Assembly: GCA_050273025.1 (NCBI GenBank)
Contig: CP158635.1
Location: forward strand, 29,946,001 to 30,010,000
Length of the DNA: 64,000 nt
Reading direction: 5' to 3'
From: Cenococcum geophilum
Lineage: Eukaryota
Shown: positions 53,890 to 64,000 of the stretch, piece after piece
Layout of the letters: every line of letters begins with the position of its first letter
How positions within the stretch are numbered: the stretch's first letter is position 1
The notes under the pieces: model-generated
The model's database searches: none
Seen by the model: the letters and a program-made list of their open reading frames with translations, nothing else
Told to the model about the DNA's origin: nothing
Program-made: the position numbers and the translations under genes

Positions 53890-54386
53890 TATAACGGAGC
53901 CTTGTAGTAGGAACTACGGTGGACTCGTTAATGGGTTAGGTATATAGGTATTGCAAGTAAGTCAATAACGTAATAACAACTGGTGGAGTGGTTGCCCAAC
54001 AGATTAACTCTAATTATATTCTAAGAATTACTATAAAGAAGGAACTATCTAGGTAGGGACTAAGGGTCCTTAAATACACAACTGTACTCCTATAAAATCC
54101 TTCTTGTACGTAATGTACGTATACCGCGTATACTGCGTATAATATTATATAACTCGCTTATTACTCTTTATTATATAGTTCTACCGGTTCTATCTTAGAC
54201 CGTACTTATATTAACTAACTAGCTTCTTTCGACTTCTCTCTTAGTAGTTATAATATTGTACTTAAAGCGTCCGTAATACTATCTCCCTCCTCTTTATTTT
54301 TATCCTTAAAGATACCTAGTATCTCTAGGTTGTTTATTAGAGGTATAATATCCGTCTAATTAATTTGGTTAATATTGTTACTTATT

Positions 54387-55015
54387 ATACCTAAAGCATC
54401 TTCTTCTTTATAAGCGTAATGTTGTGCCCGTACTATTGCTGCCATATTATCGCTTAGTGAAATTATACCGTCTCCGTGTTCTTGTTATGCGAAAGCGGGG
54501 TTAGTATATATTATAATAGTAAGTCTATTATCTTAACAACCCTTATTCTGTTTAGAGTGCACTAAAGTAAATATTTAATCGTCTTACGATGTTTGCTTTG
54601 TCTCTAACACTAAGTATATACGTCCTATGACTCTTAATAGTCTCTATATTCCCTAAGTAATTTATTTTAGGGTTTTATGTTTAATCCGCTACTATAAAGC
54701 TTAAGTCTAAGTTAGCCGCTACTTGTGCTAAACTCTATCGTTCTACTAAGGAGACCGCTCGCGCCCTTAAGGCCTAGCGTCGCTCCTTTAAGACTTAATA
54801 GGTTGCGTTCGCTTAGTTAACCTATCTTAAGAAGGTTTATAAGAAGGTCTGTTTTAAAAAGTAGAAGCTTATAGAATAAGGTTTATAGGAACTTAGTAAT
54901 AAAAAAACGGATTCTCTTCTAATAGCAAGGGAAATAACTCTAAGTAGTTTAGTAGTCGCTCCTTCTAAGTCCCCCTTAGGTGGCTCGTTCTTTGGTAATC
55001 CTTCTTTATTAATAC
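54387..55015 (+). pseudogene. Antisense Zn(II)2Cys6-like accessory gene of Gypsy-A (second copy)
   Basis: From 54477 the spacing is C-x2-(C)-x6-(C)-x13-C-x2-C-x8-(C), with three Cys codons still intact. Acceptor ttttag ends at 54670. Confidence 0.65.
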
Positions 55016-58000
55016 TGTTACGGAGTAAGTATAAGCGGCGATAATATATAGCAAAGTAGATACTATTAAGCTATATACATAAACTATATAATAAGGTCAA
55101 GACGTTGCGTAAGGAGAGAAGGTAGGGAAATGGGAAGAAAGGGTATATATCGTTAGCTTGGTTGCTTGGTTAACACATATACAGAGCAGAATAGGATTTA
55201 GGTAGTGGTCCTGGCAGAACTTGGCAGGATTTAGTGGAACTTAGCGGAATATAGCAGAATATAGCAGATTGCCGTCAGATTACCGCAAATTACCGTCTCG
55301 TGGTTAGTCTTTAGTTACTAAGTTGGTGGAAACAGGTGGACGTATATAAGGTATCACGGGGGTATCCCGTAATAGTACCCCCCCTTTAAACTCGAGCTTC
55401 TGCGAGATAGGGCTGTGGTAGTTCTAGATGGAGTTTATAAAAGTCTTCTGCGGCTTATATAAGTCCTATAGAGTTGACAGGTTCCTATAAGGGCTTAGTA
55501 AAGCCTCTCTATTTTGTAAGATATATATATTAACGTTTCCGTTTATTATACTTAATGTCATTAATTCTTTTAACAAAGTACTCGTTCTCACCATCTACTT
55601 TAACTGGTGGAGGAGGGTCTTATATCTGTCTGGGTAGGGCGTCTAATATAGGAGTAGTGGGGCGGAGGACTAACGTGTGGAATATGGGGTGGATTTTAAC
55701 CGTATTAGGGAGCTTTAGTCGGTAGGCATAGGAGGAGATAACCTTCTCAACCTTATAAGGGCCAGCGTTCTTCTAATTAAGCTTCTTAGCAGGTTATTTT
55801 GTATTTAGATTTCTTATATCTAGCCAAATAAAGTTACTAATTTAGTAGGCCGGTGCTGGGGTTTGTTTCTTATTTGCTGCGGCTTTATAGACAGATTAAG
55901 CCCATATTATTTCGTCAGCAAGGAACTATTATAGTTCCTCCATCTTCTCTACGAATTCATTTGCTTCCGTAACTTATAAGGCATAATAAGCAGGGTAAGG
56001 AATATTACTAAAGGGTTTAAAACCCATTTGTAGATGCTAGCCGTAGTTAGCCAGGAACGGGGAGACCTTTATAGTTTCTAAAACGGAATTATTTATAGTA
56101 AACTTAGTAAATGTAAGCTAGTTAATCCAGTTATCTTATAAGTACGACGTGTATATCCGAATGTACTATTCTATTATAGCGTTTATACATTCTATTTAAC
56201 CATCTATTTCTGGGTGGTATGCTATAGACAATAGTGCTTTAATACGGAGTTAGGTAGTTAGTTCTTTCTAAAATATAGAGATAAACTAGCTACCTCTATT
56301 AGAGATAATTATTTTAGGGAGTCTGTGGAGTTTCTATACATAGTCTAGGAATAATTAGGCGACGGCAGGTGTTAATATATTAGGGCAGGCGATCAAGTGT
56401 CTTATCTTAGATAGTCGGTCTATAACTACTATAATATTTATACAGCCCTTACTTATAGGGAGGTTAATAATAAAGTTGATTAAGACGTCCTTCTATCTTC
56501 GGTTTAGAACAGGTAGTGGCTTTAGAAGGCTATTATATATCTTATACAAAGCTTTAGCTTATTAGCAGACGTAACAGCTAGAGACGTACCTTTATATTAT
56601 ATTATACATATTCGGCCAGTAGTACTCCCGTTAGAGTAGCTCTAGGGTTTTTCCTCAGCCTAGGTAGCCGGCTACCAGTAGGTTGTATACGTATTTAAGG
56701 AGCTTAAGCTTAAGTTTATTGTAATTAGGGATAACTAGACGGTTCTGGTAATATAAGCGGTTTCCGCAAGCTTTACATTTACTTAGAGAGATCTTCTTAG
56801 AGCGTCTAACGCCATCTTAAATTAGCTTAAGTGTCTCTTAGATAAACTTATTATTTAGGTATTCGTTAGTTATAATCTATTTAATTAATTAATTAGTTAT
56901 TTTAAGGATTTATACCATAAGATCTTTAGCAGGAGGGTTAAATAGTTTGGGGCGAAGTAGGGTTTAATTTTAGTAAGAACGTGCCTCTTCTAGTGCTAGC
57001 GCGTCTTGCGAGCGTTAGGTTAGGGCATTAGGCTTCTAGCCTTAAACGCCTAGGCGGTATATAATTAAGAATTAGAAACGAGATAGGTATTCTAACTAGC
57101 GGGCCTAACGGTGGCTTAGCTATTTCGTAGTTATAAAGTACTATAGGTTCTTATAATCACTAAGGACCTTAATTAGGAATCTAGCGCCTTCTAGTTTGGG
57201 TCACTATTACTTAAAGCATCTAATAATAGCCAGCAGTTCCTTATCGTAGATCTTATAGTTACATTTAGCTAGGCTTAGTCATTTTAAGTAGTATACTATA
57301 GGGTACAATACTCCCTCTTTGTTATATTAAGATAGGATGCCTCCAGTAACGTAGTTGGATAAGTTAGCTTCTATAACACTTATTTAGTTTAGGTCAAAGT
57401 ATTAAAGTACGGGCGCGGTAGTAAATATAACCTTTAGATAAGTAAAGGCCTTCTTATATTCCTTATTAAAGATAAAGGCTTTATCCTTTTAGGTTAGAGC
57501 TATAAGGGGTAAAACTAGGGCGGAGAAGTTATTAATAAACCGTTAGTAGAAATTGGCAAATCCTATAAAGGCTCTTACGTCCTTAACGTTCTTAGGTTCT
57601 TACCAGTTTATAATTACTTTAATTTTCTTTAGGTCCATTTATATGCCGTCTATAAAAATAAGAAGCCTAAGGTATAGGACTTCCGTCTTATAAAACTCGC
57701 ATTTATCTATATCCAATTATAAACCAGCTCCGTATAGGGCTTATAGGACAAAATCAACGTATTTCCAATATTTAGTTAGGTTATTACTATATATTAAGAT
57801 GTCGTTAATATAAGTAGTATAGAAGATATCCAGGTAGGGGCGTAGGGTATCATTTACATAATATTGAAACGAGCTCGGAGTATTTATAAGGCTAAATAGC
57901 GTTACTAAGTATTTAAATAATCTATACTGAGTACGAAATACGGTAAGCTATTTATCTCCCTTTGCTATACGGAGGCGGTTAAATACAGAGATAATATTAA

Positions 58001-60976
58001 GCTTTATATAATAGCAAGCCTTACTTAGTTAGTTTAGCGTCTTTTATATTAATGGGATCGGATATTAGTTCTTAATAGTAACGGCATTAAGGGCTTAGTA
58101 ATCTACGCAGAAGCGTAAACCGCCGCTAGGTTTTTTAACGAAGATTACTAATACGGCTATAGGTAAAGAGCTTACTCTAATAAATCCTTTACTTAGGTTC
58201 TCGTCTAAATACTTTTATAGCACTTAAAGTTTATTTTAGGACATTCCGTATAGGGGTCTAAATCCGGGCTGCTTTCCTTCTTTAAATACAATCTTATAGT
58301 CGTATAGTCGGTATTCTAATAGCTTATTAGCTTCCTTTCGTAAGAATGCGTCTAAGCGGTAATAGTACTCTGCTAGTACCTTCGTGATAGGGTTAGTGTG
58401 CTTCTTTAGTGCCAAGGCTTTCTTAATATCAGCCATTATAACAGCGAAAATTGTATATTTAGGCTTCTTAGCAAGCTAAGCTAGCGGAGTAGCTCTAATT
58501 ATACGGATATCCAGAATGTTAAGCTCTCTTAGATCGTCTATAGTCTTTTATATAGTTTCTTATTTAGGTTTAGGTTTAGTATTAGGTATAGAGTTAGTGT
58601 CAGATTTAAGTTTAGGTTCTTTAAGTATTCTTTTTATTATAGGGTACCAGTTCTTCTGGTACTCCCGTATACTAAGCTTAAGCTTCTGCTTAGTTTAGGG
58701 TAGTGTAGTAGTTAGGGTTAGTTTGTGGGGTTCGGTAAGATTTCTAGATCTTTAGTAAATATTGGTGGAAATCTTATATCGGTGGAATTTAGTGGAATTT
58801 TTAGGTTAGTGGAATCTGGTGGATTCCTTAGGCGTGGGGTGGACATTGGTAGAAATCTTAGGCTAGTAGATTTTAGTAGATTTCCTAGGTTTTAGTTTGG
58901 GGTTAGGGCAGTAAGTTATAAAGCACTTCTACTTATAACAGAAGGCGGTAAATAGAAGCTTAAGGTTATCCTAGTTAATAGTTACCTTATATAGCTTTAT
59001 CTAAGGTTATCTAAGGATTACTAGGTAACCTAAGGTGGTAATAAAAAGCTTAATTAGTTCTTTATGGTTTAGGTATTAGAGTCTTAGGGCTGCCACGTGG
59101 GTGATACGGCCTAAGACGGTGCGTTTACCGTTAAATCCAAATACATTAATATGCCGGTTAAGGGGGGTTAGGGTAAAACTATTATCTTACGTAAAGATCT
59201 TGTTAATAAATCCTATGCCGCTAGCTCCTGTATTAATTAGGATTTAAGCGTTAGCCTATTAACTATTCTACTAAAGACGGCAGTTAATGGTTATACTATA
59301 GTCCTAAGAGTTGGAGTTCGTAACGTTAAATGCGTTTAATGAGATCCTAAGGCAGAGCCGTCCTAGAGAGCGACTTAGCTCCAGGACCTTTCTTTTAGAG
59401 GTAATTAGGGTGGGGTTCTTATAGAGCGTCGGTTAGAGCTTTGTCCTTATAAATAGTGCTTACTAAACGTAGGGCTAGAACCAGATAAAGATCGGGGACG
59501 GTAACCAGAAGATCGATACGGTGAACAGCTGTTAGTGTTGGCCGTTTGTAGATCGTTTTAGTGCGTAGGTAGAGGGATAAGGCAGTATTTTAAGATATAA
59601 TCCTTCCTTCCGCATTTAAAGCAGAGGCCTAGCTTAAGGCGTTATTCTTATTTAGAGGACCCTAGTGGGGCATAATCTAGAATTCTAGTGTTAATATCTA
59701 TAGCGTTGGGGTGCTTAGGCTAAGATAATAACTTAGTAGACGTTTGTAGGGTTGTCGTATTGTATCGGGGGGCAGGCTTCGGTATTAGGCGTAGTATATC
59801 GTTATACCGTTTATTAATAACGTTTGCGCAGGCATTAAGGGCTCCTAGTAGGTCTACGCCTATTAGGGAGGTTTTTAGTTTAGAGCTTAAGGATTTAATA
59901 AGGCTGTTAATTAGTGCGGAGTCGTTCTAGCCTATTTCCTTTACGTAACGGTTGAATTCGGAGAAGTATACTAGAAAGCTTTTCGTTCCTTAAGTTATAT
60001 AGTTTATCTTTCTCTAAGTAGTAGCTTAGCGGTTTAGGTTACCATACGTGGCTTTAAGAAGTATAACTAGACTTAGTACTAAGTTCGGTTAAAGGGGTTT
60101 AATAAGGTTAGCTACGTCTCCTCCTAGTTAACTTAGGGCGTAGCAGAGTTAGTTGGCTTTAGTTAGGTAGCGGTTAGCATTACTAGTTAGCTTATTTTTA
60201 AGCTAGCTTAGAAATAATTAGAGTTCTTATTATTTACTAGTAAATATTAGAGGGTCTAGTAGTCGTTTAGATTGTTATAGTATAGTAGTTAGTTTGGGGT
60301 AAGTGACTACTATAGGTTCGGGGCTCGCGTTCCGCGTATTTATTTCTAGAGACAGCGTTCGGTCTTAAGGTCCTAGCGTAGGCATCTTAAGGGTGCGGAC
60401 TTCTTCTTAAAGGTCCTTAATTAATTATTAGTGTCGTGCTTCTTATTCGGCTTATTATTAATTTAAAGTGGCTTAGTTCTATGCGAGGGCGTCTATAAAA
60501 GACTTCTATATTTCTACTAATTGTTCTTAAAGTGTAGATATAATACCGGCGGTTATTATAGGGGCTTCGGGTTTAGTCTATATTTTAACGGTAGTATAGG
60601 TAGTTAACGCAACGTAGTATTACGGAGTAAGTATAAGCGGCGATAATATATAGCAAAGTAGATACTATTAAGCTATATACATAAACTGTATAATAAGGTT
60701 AAGACGTTACGTAAGGAGAGAAGGTAGGGAAATGGGAAGAAAGGGTATATATCGTTAGCTTAGTTACTTAGTTAACACATATACGGAGCAGAATAGGATT
60801 TAGGTGGTAGTCCTAGTAGAACTTAGCAGGATTTAGTGGAACTTGGCGGAATATGGTAGAATATAGCAGATTGCCGTCAGATTGCCGCAAATTGCCGTCT
60901 CGTGGTCAGTCTCTAGTTGCTAAGTCGGTGGAAACAGGTGGACGTGTATAAGGTGTTACGGGGGTGTCCCGTGACA
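55016..60976 (-). mobile_element. Complete RIP-inactivated chromoviral Ty3/Gypsy element (family C)
   Basis: Two 359-bp LTRs (55016-55374 and 60618-60976). 5-bp TSD AATAC. PPT. Domain order gag-PR-RT-RH-IN-chromodomain ([17 protein letters not shown] motifs). Confidence 0.96.
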
Positions 60977-63900
60977 AATACCACCTAACCTCTTTTCTTC
61001 TAATACTTCTGTACCTTTTCTATAGCGTTTTTTAGGTTCTCTAGTGGTTTCTAGGTAGTCTTATTATAGCCTATCTACTTTACTTTATACTATATTTTAT
61101 TATTAACGTCCTTATAACTAATGATCTTTAAAACTTACTATTCGTCCTTTTCTTATCCTCTATACGTGTCTGCCTTATAGATTAGTGGCTTAATATTCCC
61201 GTATGCTGGCTCTAGTATTGCAATATACTATATAGGGTAGATCTTTATTTTAGCTAGTAGGTTTAACTTAAATATAACTAATAAAATTTTTTATATAATT
61301 TTAAAAGGTTTTAGTTTAATATAGTCCAACTTCTTACTTAATTATCAACTCTTAAAATTTTTATATAGTAGCTATACTTTATCCCCCTCCTTAAGATCTG
61401 GTCCCTTAGATCTCTTAGTATTATAATACTTCTTTATTCTTTACTATACTACCTTAGCTATTTCCATAAGGTTTATATAAAGATTTATTAAATTCTCCAT
61501 CCTTTACTTGGCTATACTACTCGTCTTTTTTACTTAACATGGCGATAATAAGGTTCTTGGCTTATATCTATAATTCGCCTTAAATAGTGACATACCCATT
61601 CCTTCTTATAGTATTGTATTGTATATAAACTATATAACTAGTAATAGCGATACCCAATTATTCTGTATATAATTAATATAATGCCTTAGATACTATTCTA
61701 GCGTCTAATTTAATCTTTCCGTTTAACCGTCTGTCTATAGATAATATACGGTAAAAGTTACTGCTCGAACCCCTTACTCTGCTAAAAACACTTCCTAAAA
61801 TATTACTATAAATCTTAGATCTCTATCTAATATAATTTTACTTAATGCTCTATATCTTACAAATACTTCCTTAATATAGATTTTAGCAATATCTTCCGCT
61901 AATATTTCTTTTATACATGTTATAAAGCATCCCCACTTTATAAGCTTATCTACTATTACTAAAATCGCGTCGTGGTCTTATCCGGTAATAGAATCTCTTA
62001 ATTTTAGTAACTTTATAATAAAGTCCTATAATATAACCTCCTATAGTCTCTCTAGTATTTTAACAGGTTGTAGCTCTCCGTATAGCTTATACCTTATTAG
62101 TTTATTTCTTTAGTAATCTAGATATTCCTTTATAACTTATCTTGTTAGTCCCTAGATTCTATTAATAATATACTCTTCTTAAAGTCTTAATACTAAGCCT
62201 ATAGCTCCATTATATCCTTAAGTTAATCCCTTATAAAATATCTTAATAAACTCTTCTGTAATAGACCTTAGCATATATATTATCTCTTAATTTTTGTACT
62301 GCTCTAAGTCTAGATCCTCTACCTATATATCTTAGATCTTCTATATTTAATTACTCTCTAGTAAGTTATGGATCTGTTCTTCTCGTGTTACTATAATTTT
62401 TAGATAATTATATCTAATTAATCCGTCTGTGTCTTTTTATAACAAAGCCCCTAATAGCTTTTCATCGTTTTATAGTTTAGTTTTTCTGCTTAGCGCGTCA
62501 GCTCTCGCATTTTTAGTACCCTTAATATACTAAATTTTAAAATAGTATTCTATAAGTATTTCCGCCTATCTAACCTATCTCTAATTAAGTTCTTTTATTA
62601 TTAGGAACCCCATTAGGTTCTTATAATCCGTCTTAACTAAAAATAGTTTTTCTATACCTTGTAAGAATGCTCTTTATTTCTTAAGTGCTATAACTATACC
62701 TAATAACTCCTTATTGTAGATGTTATAGTTTAACTCTAGCAGTATTATCTTCCAACTATAGTATGCTACTAGGTGCTATTTATCCTTATATCTCTATAGA
62801 AAGCACGCTCCTAGTATATAGTCTAATATATCCGTTTCGACCACTGTCTCTAACTATAGTTAATAGATTTTAAGAACTGGTTCCTAGGCAAACAACTATT
62901 TAACTCTCTTAAATAGTTCCTTTTATTCCTCTCCCTATACCCATAGTTCTTCTTTCTTTATTAATTTTGTAAATAGCTTAATATTCTTTAACTATTAAGT
63001 TATAAACCTTCTGCAGTAATTGTAAAACCCTAGGAATAACCTTAACTATATTACATTCTTTAGTTCTTACCAATTTACTATAGCCTCGATCTTTTTGGAT
63101 CTATACTAAGTTAGCCTAGTTTAATAATAAATTTAACAAAATCGGTCTTTTTAGTAAAGAACTCGCATTTCTTAATTACTACTAATATTTATTCTTCTTG
63201 TAGTCTCTTTAAAACCTATTTAACATGTTCCTTATATTCTTCCTTATTTATTAAGTAGATAATAATATTATTGAGGTATACTATAATAAACTTATCTAAG
63301 TGTTCTCTTAATATATTATTAATACGCTTCTAAAATGTTACTAGTGTGTTTATAAGCCTAAATTGTATAACTAGTAGTTTATATAATCCTTCCTTTAACC
63401 TAAAGGCTGCCTTCTATTTATCGCCTTCCTTAATTCTAATCTAATAGTACGCCTACCTTAGATCTATCTTTGTAAAGATTTACATATTACCTATCCTATC
63501 TTAAATTTCGCTAATTAAGGGTAAAGAATACCTATTTTTTTTAGTGATACTGTTTAACTGTCTATAGTTAATGCATAGTCTTAGTTTTCTATTCTTCTTT
63601 AGTATGAATAGTACTAGATAACCTACTAATGACTGCGATGGTCTAATATATCCCTTTTAAAGATTCTTCTAGATAAACTCTTTTAGTGCTCTACTTTCTT
63701 CTTCGGTAAGCTTATAAATTGGAAAAAACCTTAGACTTATTCCCTCTTCTAATTCTATCTTATAGTCCCATGCTATATATTCTAACAGCTTTTCACTTTC
63801 TAGTAACTATAACTTTTTGCTATATTTATGGTATCTCTTTAGTACATAACTTAATCCTTAATTAGTTTCTTTATATATTGCTCCAACTTAGTACCATACT

Positions 63901-64000
63901 AACTTAGTTTATTATTATATCTTACGTTATTATATATCTCTAATATTAACCTAACCTATAACCCAATTAATCTTTAGATTGTATTTTTATAACTAAAGTA

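Larger units (their letters stand above)
53890..64000 (-). mobile_element. Gypsy-A copy: 3' LTR 53890-54278, accessory region and pol, running off the window end; hosts Gypsy-C
   Basis: LTR related to 15993 and 49599. 60982-64000 is collinear with ~17130-20160. Confidence 0.9.

Noticed and set aside
1..64000. Stop-codon reassignment or an intact Starship element
   Set aside because: The TAA/TAG excess is explained by RIP transitions on both strands. No intact captain gene or Starship boundaries are visible.

Overview
This is filamentous-ascomycete genomic DNA, roughly 85-90% nested transposon relics degraded by repeat-induced point mutation (RIP: strong TpA excess, CpA/TpG loss, reading frames full of TAA/TAG). 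Almost every ORF in the supplied track is spurious. Recognisable elements: four Ty3/Gypsy families (one complete copy with TSD), two Copia relics and solo LTRs, three hAT families (three copies with 8-bp TSDs), Fot1/pogo elements, a TA-flanked MITE, a Crypton tyrosine-recombinase element split across 34 kb, a Helitron2/FoHeli-like family (one copy filled with satellite) and a SINE-like retroposon. Two host genes are supportable. One is a 4-exon, ~558-aa multi-pass membrane protein gene disrupted by a hAT insertion and a RIP-type stop. The other is an intact 95-aa Cys/His-rich ORF on a small GC-balanced island. The most unusual signals are (i) antisense, intron-containing Zn(II)2Cys6-like accessory genes carried by two different Gypsy families and (ii) a DNA element family with CCCTTAACCCG termini inserted at AT sites, one copy being a 509-bp near-perfect palindrome. 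Protein readings of RIP-damaged regions are manual back-corrections, not database results.
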